From a virus (Duplodnaviria; Caudoviricetes), in IMG/VR virus record IMGVR_UViG_3300035208_007155, positions 33,284 to 97,283 of that record: 64,000 nt of DNA; one strand, written 5' to 3'. The number at the start of each line of letters is the position of its first letter. The first letter of the stretch is position 1. Shown here in pieces: positions 48,901 to 57,396 of the stretch. A program made the translations under genes and the position numbers. The notes beneath the pieces are model-generated. The model searched no databases, was not told the DNA's origin, and saw only the letters and a program-made list of their open reading frames with translations.

Positions 48901-50209
48901 CGCCAAAAGTATATCCTGTTATTGTTTGCAATAGATTATTTTGCCATTGATCTACTGCCTCTGTGCCTTTTAGAGAAACGCCATTAAGAATTTCGGCAAC
49001 CTTCTTTTCCAATCCTGCGGCTATATCTTTTTGCCCAGCCCGAGTTCCCATCATTGTTCCGCTCAACAAACCACCCTTTTTGTCGTGCAATCTTCCAGTG
49101 GCATCAGCAATCATAATGAGCAAATTCTTCATTTGCGGACTAGTCTTATTAAAGAAATTGTATACACTACTGGCTCCCTCAGCCATTTCAGTCATTTGTT
49201 TATCGACACCAATCTTCGATGCAGCAGTCAATAAACGTATGATGCCCGAAGCTGAGTCGGCAGTTAAAGTGCCGACATTTCTCATTGTTTCAATAAGAGG
49301 TTCGGCCTGTTTGACCACTGCTGCTAAACTTGCACCCAAAACTCCAGTTTCTCTGGCTACTGCTCGTATTCCCCTTCCTAATTGTGCTGTTTGATTTACT
49401 GATAAGCCCATCTTCATGTGCCAAACAGACAAAGTATTGGCTATATCACCTGCTTCATCTCCAACCATTGTGGAAACATGTAGTCCAGTCTTGGTTACAC
49501 TTATCATTTCTTTTTGGGTCTTAACACCACGTTGTAAGTTGGCAAGATATGCTCCTTGGAATTTAGATAAATTCAATCCCGTAATATCCACAGTTCTGCC
49601 AATTTTTTGAAATGCTTCTTGTGCTTCTCCAAAATTTCCAGTAATACCTTGGGTAACATAACCAATTTCACGCATGTGTATCATGAAAGACTGTTCATCT
49701 TGAATAAGTCCACCAAATGTCGAACTAAGAGGTTTAAAACTGTCAGCAATGGCAATAGAACCAGCAAGTATTGAGCCCCAACTAAAGGCTGATTTAATTC
49801 CCGTGTTAAATTCTTTTCCCCAGGATTCTCCATCTGCTTTGGCTGTTCCTTTTGATTTACCCCCACTGCCACCCCCTGCCGCCTTTACTTCTCCCTTTGG
49901 TTTTTCTGCCTTACCTTCAGCCGCAAGCTTTTTTTCCTCTTTGGTTAAATTTTTGGTGGCCTCCGTGGATTTTCTCATTTGATCCATTTGTTTTGTAATC
50001 AAATTGAGTAATTCCCCAAGTTTGTCAACACCCTCTTTAAATCCCGCCTCTAGTTCGCCCATTGCAGCGACCAATGCATCTGTTTTTTCGCCATATTCTT
50101 TTGTTCTTTGATTATATTCTGTTGTGTTGGCACGCAGAACATTACAACACTTGCCCAAAAGATCAGCAGGCGAGAGTTCAGGAGGTGTAGGATTGGTGGT
50201 GTCTGCCAT
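42989..50209 (-). CDS. Tail tape measure protein
   Basis: 2406 aa, helical Ala/Gly-rich, hydrophobic central segments, 11/22-aa Trp-periodic repeats; sits upstream of the baseplate genes. Confidence 0.92.
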   Translation of the reverse strand: MADTTNPTPPELSPADLLGKCCNVLRANTTEYNQRTKEYGEKTDALVAAMGELEAGFKEGVDKLGELLNLITKQMDQMRKSTEATKNLTKEEKKLAAEGKAEKPKGEVKAAGGGSGGKSKGTAKADGESWGKEFNTGIKSAFSWGSILAGSIAIADSFKPLSSTFGGLIQDEQSFMIHMREIGYVTQGITGNFGEAQEAFQKIGRTVDITGLNLSKFQGAYLANLQRGVKTQKEMISVTKTGLHVSTMVGDEAGDIANTLSVWHMKMGLSVNQTAQLGRGIRAVARETGVLGASLAAVVKQAEPLIETMRNVGTLTADSASGIIRLLTAASKIGVDKQMTEMAEGASSVYNFFNKTSPQMKNLLIMIADATGRLHDKKGGLLSGTMMGTRAGQKDIAAGLEKKVAEILNGVSLKGTEAVDQWQNNLLQTITGYTFGELKRMQESAANSGKSLTTQMDELTGKINDQNTTAKQRLLLEKQLSDLQLGRGMNLVSTFQEAAEKSGDMNEAMAKFSTNISKNEDMMQDINDLGINTSDSFKMASESLMYGADKLKKAGGKDFTGEISKALSAGNLKGIKTIGEAMNEESQRLAMKEKKAADPFSHMTQILDTINERIRLYFGGAVRRWSGLYLQVMMIVKLMAELVAFSYGAGVIGKSLATFGKGVREGFGTFRTNAAEGGGGAKGAWSAIKSMWKGKEEKAEPEGEKKGVWASIKDAFKKKEDKAQPTLEKISKSSANLYKAATSKHTIYVSLAHLEARAKQELKQIMGGHGPTSKTQQKTQQILGGKPKLGKVGGVVEKGLEDVKMLPGSGQVLSGIESELTGLGTTALQSLPQLVGMEEVTAGVGSAALKTLPTLVGMESSTAALAPAALQATSTLAGIGAETTALGTAALGTTSTLAGIGAETTALGTAALGTTSTLVGVSGVVEGAAGATAAAAGTTGGALAGLGATISALAWPVAIAVAVIVAAVSVIGSLIQGFKSMNKAAEIFNKKQEQLSMHEKLSAGAAGMLTGALNFMTFGIFSKYIGATGTLTVALAKIFRTFGYFIPVLGPIMLVLEVLLGILVGIYRFIKNVLIGVWEGLVAAVEPVIDAVKEVINLFTDALSPILEAFTTQGGEAVGIFETIANVLGFIGKVIGGIFKAIGKIVGFLIKVILTPVMWVVKAIAFVVKLIAKLLAPVIKGIIGFFEDVYDLTMALLNFDFPSVGKILYKMFVSPFVNVGKWLWDHSFGYFTDAGAWLWKTISEPFAAFGGWLYDHTIGALISMMPGWLKKWLGIKEEAKPEAAATKATEAAIAPEFDATESAATNRRAYRDYRTEEGRTYRQEMGPNGPRLARIGPEATLGVDGLRRTPNAALQSAEVAVEPPAVGILGKTFQMLGKVVDILLIPLRALIQVLGALGTFIWKYVLLPFRILWTTLGSLFSVLGKLATLDFSGAWAEIKAFPGKIASMIWDAIVSIPEMIWDVLTAVPGMILEAFGLENIFAKIKETFMAGMDALFGGIWQGFEDGLSEIFSGIWEGIQSYASGIWEGTKAIFAPIIEVFTDLWDTVVDIFTEIGSVFSTLWDTIKSIFQPIISLFGGGGAGGVGGEAGAATGGFISALKTIGSAIGTVVKFIGTIIGTIFKAVGWVLGTAAKIIGGTIGIILKVLLVPIRLLIKVIGFFVKALMFPIKLIIKVLGFFAKVLLFPIRMIIKAFSLIGKFLGWYWNSIVKPAFVLLGKGLSWAWSIISWPFRMMAKGLGVVWGWVKSGFSLIGEGLSAAWDIISWPFEMIGKGLDVAWGWVESGFSLIGDGLSAAWDVISWPFRMIANGVEKVWNWIKSWFSIGEGIGGGLSGVWDTIKSGFSLIGKGLSWAWSIISAPFKLIGKGLGAAWKLISSPFKLIGKGLGVMWGGIKSGFSLIGSGLKGAWDIVSWPFQTMAKGLSVSWDWVKSGFSHIGTGLGWVWGKVKSGFLAIADGAWNLLKSPFELLQKGITEVANWISNKLTLEETKAAKTAAEKTERMAKAGGEANKAIIEQRGNEAKKQAGISAAEKDKSVKEFEELLAANEAFLEGQKTNLEKSMNPEGNWFTKWMNSSAIEADQKASQAAVQAAQTEVETTRKKLEEIKATPVAATPVAAATPVTAVTVPTTPVAAATPAAAVTDEFKFDPNGRGKSLGPAKARELQYRQWQLHQGKDDRSNQLSQAGRTSGTFINGKLVSESPVSAATPTAPVTTTPVSAATPTAPVTTTPVSAATPTALDFHQSIQAGYARGYAPNALPETMHSQLLKQNLNNQVAAVGAANNMADGRMPIPKIEPATNVPANASPVNDVYDRIRQEQSASQSAVSGTTQTTKLEALNEEQVKNLVEINENIATLVSLMKPSEVMRASGQGTTSSRSHMTPPKSTDYARWQFGLQSGTPSTGETNVGVV
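43504..43618. repeat. About 2.7 x 42-bp repeat in the tape measure gene (PVSAATPTAPVTTT)
   Basis: Units start at 43504, 43546 and 43588. Confidence 0.85.
47455..47593. repeat. About 2.2 x 63-bp repeat in the tape measure gene
   Basis: Units start at 47455, 47518 and 47581. Confidence 0.85.
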
Positions 50210-50823
50210 TATTCTTCAGCTTCTCCAAAAGGTAGTTCCATTTGCTGCCCAGCCCCTGGTGTTTGCATAAAATCAAATTTTTGTTGCTGTGGTTGCGATA
50301 GTTCTTCTGCCTTAATATTGACTTGTTGTTCTAACTGTCTCTGTATAGATTGCTTGATTGCATCCATTTGATTAGGATCATATGCTCTGGATATGTCACG
50401 AGCCGCCACAATATCATCGCAATTCAACATTTGTAAATTTTGAATGTTGTCAAATCCGACCACATAATGACGATATGCTCTTTTCAACTGATTGTCACCC
50501 ATAATAGTGTTATAAGAGAAAGCGGCATTACCACAATTTATGACAATTCTTTGAAAATCAAATGATGTCAAATAATTTAGATTAATGCCCTTAATAAAAG
50601 GTTGTTCGATTCCCCCATTCGTTCTTTGACGTGCAGCCCAACTTACATCAGTTACAATCACCACAGGATAAGGATCATGCTTCCAATTTCGATATCCAAA
50701 ACGAATAATTGATCCTCTTGGAATCTGCCCACCTACACCAACAGACCTGGGACCACGAACTGGTTGAATGTTTTGAAAAAGATTATTCAGTATTTGTCGG
50801 GCAGTTTGAACATTTAGTGGCAT
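50209..50823 (-). CDS. DNA end protector-like protein (T4 gp2-like)
   Basis: DPYPVVIV...GINLNYL...YRHY resembles the gp2 FPL...GLNLHY motif. Confidence 0.55.
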   Translation of the reverse strand: MPLNVQTARQILNNLFQNIQPVRGPRSVGVGGQIPRGSIIRFGYRNWKHDPYPVVIVTDVSWAARQRTNGGIEQPFIKGINLNYLTSFDFQRIVINCGNAAFSYNTIMGDNQLKRAYRHYVVGFDNIQNLQMLNCDDIVAARDISRAYDPNQMDAIKQSIQRQLEQQVNIKAEELSQPQQQKFDFMQTPGAGQQMELPFGEAEE

Positions 50824-50880
50824 ATTATTATGTAGTCAAATGGGCGGGATTTACATAATATATATGCTTCATTGACAAAC

Positions 50881-51393
50881 TTAGAAACGACCCCTGGAAG
50901 CATTGTGCCCCATGACAGAATTACTGTAATCGGTGCCCGTGCTTCGCATCATAACTCTGCCTAACGGATCGCCATCTCTATCATAATCACCAGTTCTTAA
51001 TTCTCGTTCGGCTTCATAACTCTTTTCAAAGAACTGTTGCAACTCTTTCACAATTGCTTGCATTACCTCTTTAGCTGCTTGCTCTTCATTTATATCATCA
51101 GATACCAAGTCATCATACATTTCTTGTATATCTAAACGATAAGCCCTGCCGTAAGGATGTGTCTTTTCCTCTTTTTGAATCCTGTAAGCTATGGATTCAC
51201 CAGTTTGATAAATTCTGATTCCCTGAAAAGAAACCTTGCTAACAGGACTAACCACAAACAAAAAGGGTTCCTCGCCCTCATCCAAGTGATTCTTGATTGT
51301 CAATCCTTGCTTGGAAAGAATTTGCTCAATCATCTTGAGGTGTTTTTTGGCTTTGCGAGTCTTTTTGTCCACAAACTGGTTAAATGTTTTCAT
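50881..51393 (-). CDS. Hypothetical protein with capsid-targeting-like leader
   Basis: Starts MKTFNQFVD. Confidence 0.75.
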   Translation of the reverse strand: MKTFNQFVDKKTRKAKKHLKMIEQILSKQGLTIKNHLDEGEEPFLFVVSPVSKVSFQGIRIYQTGESIAYRIQKEEKTHPYGRAYRLDIQEMYDDLVSDDINEEQAAKEVMQAIVKELQQFFEKSYEAERELRTGDYDRDGDPLGRVMMRSTGTDYSNSVMGHNASRGRF

Positions 51394-51707
51394 TAGTATC
51401 CTTCTTCCTTTGTAATCTGTCGAATCCTTTGCATTAACTCAGGAATGTCACCACTGGTGATTTCTTCTCTGTTTATATATAGAATAAAATGATCGGAATC
51501 TCTAGGAATACGATGATCCCCAGAAGTGGAAATAGACATAACTTGTCCAGAACCAGCATGCATTCGATTGTATCTCTCTACTTCTCTGTTTAATTCAGCC
51601 AAATCCTCTTCCTGCTGCACATATTGCTGATAGTTGGCATCATCGGGTTCCTCCGGTGGCCAGTCTCGCCAATGTCTTGCTTCTAAAAATTGCTGAAAAG
51701 TTTTCAT
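51393..51707 (-). CDS. Small internal-protein-like ORF
   Basis: Starts MKTFQQFLE, very close to the T4 IP leader MKTYQEFIAE. Confidence 0.75.
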   Translation of the reverse strand: MKTFQQFLEARHWRDWPPEEPDDANYQQYVQQEEDLAELNREVERYNRMHAGSGQVMSISTSGDHRIPRDSDHFILYINREEITSGDIPELMQRIRQITKEEGY

Positions 51708-51961
51708 GTTTTTTTCTTTGTGGGAATAGCATTGAGTGGAATTTGACGACGATCACGATCCATGCCCTCATGGTTGTAATTTTTTCGTCTTTCTTCCTCT
51801 TTTTGAGCCCAAGAACCCTTCCAAGGTGTAATTGGCTTTTGTTTGCCTTTAACCACTGGACCTCGGCCCTCCTCAGTCGGCTCCTCTTGCGTTTCCTGCT
51901 CAACAGGCTCCTCGCCGTATTCAGGATGCTTTTCCGTAACCCATTGTTCAAAATCTTTCAT
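51704..51961 (-). CDS. Small internal-protein-like ORF
   Basis: Likely start MKDFEQWVTE at 51961 through TAATG coupling. Confidence 0.7.
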   Translation of the reverse strand: MKDFEQWVTEKHPEYGEEPVEQETQEEPTEEGRGPVVKGKQKPITPWKGSWAQKEEERRKNYNHEGMDRDRRQIPLNAIPTKKKT

Positions 51962-53283
51962 TAGCATTGCCTCAATAATAAGTCGTGTGCTGAATATACG
52001 CATCGCCGTAATGTTCTCAAATCACTCGGGTTACCCGTATAAGGGGTTTCCTTGAAAACAAATCCTGGCAATACGCTAGCCGCATCTTTGATCGTTTGAT
52101 AAGATGCTTTCAAAAACAAGATTCCATTCCTTCTCTCAACAAATTCAATTTCTTCTGTGGCTGGCATGCCATCTTCATCCTGCTCGCCAGTTTCTTTAAC
52201 AAAATAAATGTTCAAATCAATATAAGGAATTATTTCTCCATCGTCTGTTATCATTGCTTCACTATTGTCCGAGTGTCTTGTGCGGACTACCAGCTTGCCA
52301 TCCTTGTAGGCACCCTTCAAGGCGTTTGAGAAATCCATACCCAATGTGTAAACCGTTCCATCATCGGCTACAACATTGATAATAAAAGCTCTAGTCTTAA
52401 AGAAATCTGCAATAGATTCGACAACTACTCTTCTACGCAAAACCTCTTTCTCCTCAGGGCTGCCTTCCTGCAAACGCTTTGCTTCTGGTTCTGATAAGAA
52501 TCTTTCAGGATCATCCTCTTTCAGTGACCAATTGCCTAAATTAATAGCACCCCACTCTGCATTAAAACGAGTGGACATCATAACTGAATACTCACGCTCA
52601 TTGTAAATAATATCTTCAGTATTCGATCCTGATCCCACCTGTACCGCACCTGTAAGCGATGCAATGAATTTGCGGTGTAGATCACCCTTTAAATTGCCAT
52701 AGCCACTCATTTTAATGAAAATAGCATTAAGCATGGGCATTGTGGATAAAGTATTAAATGTATGATTGACAACAGAAGTAGCTGGATTGTTTTGATCCAA
52801 TTGATCCTTCATGTTTCTTCTGATTTCATTGCTGGCTTTCTCAATGTTAGAATTTTGTCTCAAAAGCTGAACATTAAAATTGTCTTCAATGAATTTTCGT
52901 TGATATGGCTGTAAATCATCTTTGTTTCTTTGTTCATTCAAAATGTCAATCAATTGATTGGTGTCGCCTTTGATGGATTCTTTGAAATATTTGTTCTTCC
53001 AAATTTCAAAATCTTCTTCCACACCCTTTTGATCTGGCATTTCTGGGGCCTGAGGGTCTTGGGACATATCCTCTCCAGATGCCTGTGTTTGTTGCATGTT
53101 GGCAATATTGGGATCATTTTGATTGGGGTTCATGCCACTTGGTTGCCCTGCTGGACCCGGTGGCATTTGTCCACCTGTGGGATCAACTCCTGGGGCCTGC
53201 ATCCCGCCAGCATCAGGCTGTCCACCCATCGTTGGCATGTCTTGTTCTACCAACCAATCTTCGAATATATCTTTATTCTTCAT
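51961..53283 (-). CDS. Putative head/core protein with leader and Gln/Pro-rich linker
   Basis: MKNKDIFEDWLVE, then a disordered segment and an acidic folded domain. Confidence 0.65.
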   Translation of the reverse strand: MKNKDIFEDWLVEQDMPTMGGQPDAGGMQAPGVDPTGGQMPPGPAGQPSGMNPNQNDPNIANMQQTQASGEDMSQDPQAPEMPDQKGVEEDFEIWKNKYFKESIKGDTNQLIDILNEQRNKDDLQPYQRKFIEDNFNVQLLRQNSNIEKASNEIRRNMKDQLDQNNPATSVVNHTFNTLSTMPMLNAIFIKMSGYGNLKGDLHRKFIASLTGAVQVGSGSNTEDIIYNEREYSVMMSTRFNAEWGAINLGNWSLKEDDPERFLSEPEAKRLQEGSPEEKEVLRRRVVVESIADFFKTRAFIINVVADDGTVYTLGMDFSNALKGAYKDGKLVVRTRHSDNSEAMITDDGEIIPYIDLNIYFVKETGEQDEDGMPATEEIEFVERRNGILFLKASYQTIKDAASVLPGFVFKETPYTGNPSDLRTLRRCVYSAHDLLLRQC

Positions 53284-53743
53284 CGTATTGTGCCTTTTTG
53301 GCTGCCTGCTGAATTGATTTCAACAGTTGTCGCTTACTATTAGTTATGTTGATGGTTGTTTTGTTTTCCTGCTTGGCATTCAAGTATGGTTTATAAGTGT
53401 CAGGAGACTTCAATTTAATACGGGTCATCAAATCAGCAACTTTAGACATCTTATCCGTTGTTTCTGTTTTTATTTTTAATAAATTGACCAATGCCTCTTT
53501 GCTTGATGTGGAAGCATCACCACCATTGATAACCATTTCTTTAAACTCAACAAAACACTCATCAATTTGTGTTCTGTCATCCCGCAGATTTTTGATAATT
53601 TCTCCATAAATTCCAAGAAGCTCTTCGTCTCCTACCAAACATTGTTCTTTTTCCTGAACCTCCGCAGGTAGACTAACATTCATTTGTGGAATAAGGTCTT
53701 TAATATCCTCTTCCATAGCCGCTATTTCATTTTGATTTTGCAT
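53273..53743 (-). CDS. Helical protein, possible terminase small subunit (gp16-like)
   Basis: Likely start MQNQNE behind CTATATAA; helix-hairpin followed by a TTINITN strand, as in gp16. Confidence 0.4.
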   Translation of the reverse strand: MQNQNEIAAMEEDIKDLIPQMNVSLPAEVQEKEQCLVGDEELLGIYGEIIKNLRDDRTQIDECFVEFKEMVINGGDASTSSKEALVNLLKIKTETTDKMSKVADLMTRIKLKSPDTYKPYLNAKQENKTTINITNSKRQLLKSIQQAAKKAQYDEE

Positions 53744-53779
53744 TCTATTGATTATATAGAGTATAGAGGTGAAAAAGTT

Positions 53780-54412
53780 ATGGAATTTAGAGACTTTATC
53801 GAAGCTTCCAAGCACCCCGCTCATTTTGCTTACTTCCGACCAAACCAAAAAGGTGTGCCATATTATTTGCAACAACAATATGGCATTTCACCATATGTTA
53901 GCTCTAAAACAAAAACCGCAAATATTGATGGAAGAGACATAGAAATACCCGCATGGACCAATGCACCAGCATATGCTGCCGCAAATATACATGCTGGCAC
54001 CATGAAAACATTTTTGCAAAAATATGATAGATTGGGCGAACCTCCACAAGAACCACAGCACGATTTAATCAAACAATGGTTTGGCGAGATAATGCCGGGA
54101 TTGCAAGTAGATATTGTCCCCGATGGATTGATAGTATCTGGGCCGTCTATTCATTCCATAACGCCCAAAGATTTACAAAACAAAGTGCAAAACCAAGCAA
54201 AATACAATTCTCTTTCAGCAAAACAAAGTGTAAATACCCTGACACCAGGGGAACAAAAGGAGCTTGCTGATTTAGAAACTATCCGTAACTTAAATTGGTA
54301 TAGAGCGGGGAAAACCGTAACACAGGATGGTACTGAAATAATTTTTGTTCCCCACAATAACTGGGTGACAACCCATCGCAAAGCACCACAAAGAAGTAAA
54401 CGAAGTTACTAA
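53780..54412 (+). CDS. Hypothetical protein with capsid-targeting-like leader
   Basis: Likely start MEFRDFIE at 53780 with GAGGT RBS. Confidence 0.72.
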   Translation: MEFRDFIEASKHPAHFAYFRPNQKGVPYYLQQQYGISPYVSSKTKTANIDGRDIEIPAWTNAPAYAAANIHAGTMKTFLQKYDRLGEPPQEPQHDLIKQWFGEIMPGLQVDIVPDGLIVSGPSIHSITPKDLQNKVQNQAKYNSLSAKQSVNTLTPGEQKELADLETIRNLNWYRAGKTVTQDGTEIIFVPHNNWVTTHRKAPQRSKRSY

Positions 54413-54468
54413 AATGTCTTCATATTTTCTACTACGTTAAGTATAGATAATACAAAGGTAAATTATAT

Positions 54469-55884
54469 ATGAATCGATCTTTTAAAGACTACGTTCTACT
54501 CAAAGAAGAAAAAAGCTCTGAAAAAGACTGGAAAAAAGAATTCATTTCGTTGGAAAAAGGCTTTATTCCCCCTCCAAAAATGAAACCAGTCATCGAAGCT
54601 TTTCTTAATAGTAGTGAAATTAAAGTCATTGATGATACTAGCAAAGATGTTACATTGCCCAAAAAATCCCTATTCCTTTGCGGTGGTTCAGTCCGAGATT
54701 TCCTAAAGGGCAAGTCCCCACATGAATTCCACCTCTGCACAAACGCCACCCCAGCCCAAACCGCACTCATTCTTCATAGTGCTGGTTTTAGATTTGAAGG
54801 TGGCGACCCAGGAAAACTTAAACTGACTTTTCAGCCTCGCCCCATGAAAGAAGGAGCAGTACGTAGCTGGCGAGTAGGCAATGCCGATAAAAAAGGTGGT
54901 TGCTATTCTATGATTGCCACCTACAAGGGAGAGCCATTCGAAATTTGCACCATGATGAAAGACCCCAAAACATCTCAAGTCGCCAGTGCAAAAGAATTTG
55001 TCGATAATCCCAATGATGATGCAAATGGACGTGATTTAACTATCAATGCCCTTTATATCGAATTGTCAAAACCAGATGGTGAAAACAATAAATTATTTGA
55101 TCCAACTCAAAAAGGCTGGCACGATGTAACCAATGGATTGGTGAGAGCAGTTGGTAGTGCCGAAGATCGATTCAAAGAAGACCCAATTCGTATCCTGCGT
55201 GCCATTCGATTCCACGCAAGATTTGGTAAGGGTGAAAAAATGGACCCCGATATCCGACGAGCTATGGATCGATTCAAAAATCTTGAAGGTGTATCGTTAT
55301 CCGAAGTACGGGAAGAATTTCTAAAAGGCTTGCTACACCCAGATACAGATGCAAAGAAATATATCAGCATCTATCAACAAGCCGGTTTGTTCAATAAATT
55401 ATTCCCTAATGTCACCATTCATGGAGAAGTGCCGCCTGAATTCTCAAGCAGAAAAGACAAACCACTCGCTCTGGCATGGATTTTACAAGATAATGATTTG
55501 CAAACAGTCAATAAAGTCCTCTCTGCTGAAGCTGGTTGGAATTCCCAAGATAAAAGAGCCGTTCTTTTCTTGTTGGCTTTGAAAGAATTCTCCCCGGATG
55601 ATAGACCCCAAGCCCTCAATTCTTGGAAAGGTACAGGTCTATCTAAAACACAAATTAAAGACTGGGTAGAAATGTTCAATATCACAGATGGTCGTGGTGT
55701 AAAAAGAAACCGCAGACCAGTTTGGGCTCTTCACGTCAGAACCTTTGCTGATAATGATCTCCCATTAGCTGGACCTAAAGAAGTTGGACAAGTTCCAGAT
55801 ATCCAAAAACCACAGGCTCTTAATAACCTAGAAGCAGAAAAATTCAAGAAGTTATTACCAATCAGTAAAGTCGCAAGTCTTTAA
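54469..55884 (+). CDS. Class II tRNA nucleotidyltransferase/poly(A) polymerase homolog with altered catalytic motif
   Basis: GGSVRD, RDLTINA and EDPIRILRAIRF are present, but DxD reads E-F-H; leader MNRSFKDYVLLKE. Confidence 0.88.
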   Translation: MNRSFKDYVLLKEEKSSEKDWKKEFISLEKGFIPPPKMKPVIEAFLNSSEIKVIDDTSKDVTLPKKSLFLCGGSVRDFLKGKSPHEFHLCTNATPAQTALILHSAGFRFEGGDPGKLKLTFQPRPMKEGAVRSWRVGNADKKGGCYSMIATYKGEPFEICTMMKDPKTSQVASAKEFVDNPNDDANGRDLTINALYIELSKPDGENNKLFDPTQKGWHDVTNGLVRAVGSAEDRFKEDPIRILRAIRFHARFGKGEKMDPDIRRAMDRFKNLEGVSLSEVREEFLKGLLHPDTDAKKYISIYQQAGLFNKLFPNVTIHGEVPPEFSSRKDKPLALAWILQDNDLQTVNKVLSAEAGWNSQDKRAVLFLLALKEFSPDDRPQALNSWKGTGLSKTQIKDWVEMFNITDGRGVKRNRRPVWALHVRTFADNDLPLAGPKEVGQVPDIQKPQALNNLEAEKFKKLLPISKVASL

Positions 55885-55944
55885 TTGATAAGTATTTAGA
55901 AACAAAGCAAATATTTTTTGTTGTTATTATGCTCTAAATACTGC

Positions 55945-56268
55945 GTGAAAAACTTTCATCAAGTATCCAATGTGTTAAAGAAACATTTTCCCAACTACAA
56001 GGTAAGCATCAGAAGAGTTGTTGTTCCACCTGATATTGCTGGCGAATGTTGCTTGTTGCCCACACGCAAAAAATGCAAACAATTCATGATAAAAATAGAT
56101 CACAGTCTAGATGAAGACGCAGCTATTTTAATCCTTTTGCATGAGTGGTCTCACATTCTTTCTTGGCAGGCAAGAGGAGATGACCACGGAATTGAATGGG
56201 GCAAAGCATATAGTCGCATTTATCGGGTGTATCTAAAAGATTGGATTGAAAAAGAAAATCAGAACTAA
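55945..56268 (+). CDS. Small zincin metallopeptidase (SprT-like)
   Basis: LLHEWSH...DDHGIEW; likely GTG start after CTAAATA. Confidence 0.7.
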   Translation: MKNFHQVSNVLKKHFPNYKVSIRRVVVPPDIAGECCLLPTRKKCKQFMIKIDHSLDEDAAILILLHEWSHILSWQARGDDHGIEWGKAYSRIYRVYLKDWIEKENQN

Positions 56269-56282
56269 ACTCTTTTGATACT

Positions 56283-57053
56283 ATGGATTACTTTGTTACC
56301 GTTGTGCCCTCCTATCAACACTTTTGGCAAGTTGAACTGCTGATCGAAAGCTTCAAAATGCTAAAAATGCAAGATAGGCTGCTTGTGGCCATCGTTGGTG
56401 CCCCAACCTCATTGCCCACCAATCTCCACAACCACTCCAGAAAAATATTTTGCTCGGATTTTAATGAATCTTCTGGACTCAATTATCCACCTATCAATAA
56501 AATAGCTTGCCTTAGAACCGCTCTGCATGCTTTGGACTCTAACTTCACATTGCTGCATACAGATATGGTAATGGTTGGACCTGTACCCAATGTCAAACAA
56601 AACATCTGCTTTACCCCATCTCCACCACCACAAAAAGTAGTTGATATGCTTCAATTACCATCTGATTCTATATGGGTATCCTTCGATGGAGCAACTATTT
56701 TTAATCAAGTGCCAACCATATTTTTTGACAACGTTTTGGAAGCAACCAAAATCCTAATAGACATGTATGGAACAGAATGGCCCGCAAGTCTTGCCGCATG
56801 GAATTCCATCACGCATCAACACAATCTTTCCATTCTTGGTGCTGCTATAGAATCTCCACTAACTCAAACCTCTTCTGCTCTGCTGCCTTTTGTCCACTAC
56901 AAAGCAGGATTGCCACCCTACTTCAGCAAACATGCCTACAATCCTGAGTTTCAAATCATCAATCCTTATAACGCCTTCATAGATCACAACCCCAATTTCT
57001 GCACCAATCACGTTCGAAACGTAATCTTAGCCTACCAAAAAAACACAACTTGA
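56283..57053 (+). CDS. GT-A glycosyltransferase-like protein resembling peptide O-glycosyltransferases (GT95/GT96)
   Basis: WQVELLIESF, NYPPINK, LLHTDMV, FVHY. Confidence 0.5.
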   Translation: MDYFVTVVPSYQHFWQVELLIESFKMLKMQDRLLVAIVGAPTSLPTNLHNHSRKIFCSDFNESSGLNYPPINKIACLRTALHALDSNFTLLHTDMVMVGPVPNVKQNICFTPSPPPQKVVDMLQLPSDSIWVSFDGATIFNQVPTIFFDNVLEATKILIDMYGTEWPASLAAWNSITHQHNLSILGAAIESPLTQTSSALLPFVHYKAGLPPYFSKHAYNPEFQIINPYNAFIDHNPNFCTNHVRNVILAYQKNTT

Positions 57054-57078
57054 CAATGGTAATCATTTTATTTATATT
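57050..57078 (+). promoter_or_regulatory. Sigma70-type promoter
   Basis: TTGACA-17 bp-TATATT. Confidence 0.6.
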
Positions 57079-57134
57079 TGCCTAAGAGAATCACCCAGAA
57101 ACCTCATCGGGGAATCACCCAAGGAACATACATT

Positions 57135-57389
57135 ATGGCATGTGATTGTCAAGACATAGACTTTTTGCCAAACAACGAGTTGATAAAAAAATTATTGGAA
57201 CGTACCACCTTTTTGGGTGTGGTCATTTCCTCAGAAGATGATCCCCATAACACCGAACATAAAAATTTCTCTGTGTCCTTCAACAGCCAATTAGACACCA
57301 AAGAAGTCTCCCAAATCCTGCTTTGGGCCGCAAATGCACTGCTTGAAACCGCAAATAGTGATTTACAACCACCAAATTCTGGAGTATAA
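57135..57389 (+). CDS. Hypothetical protein
   Basis: Likely start MACDCQ with AAGGA upstream. Confidence 0.55.
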   Translation: MACDCQDIDFLPNNELIKKLLERTTFLGVVISSEDDPHNTEHKNFSVSFNSQLDTKEVSQILLWAANALLETANSDLQPPNSGV

Positions 57390-57396
57390 TAGAGGA

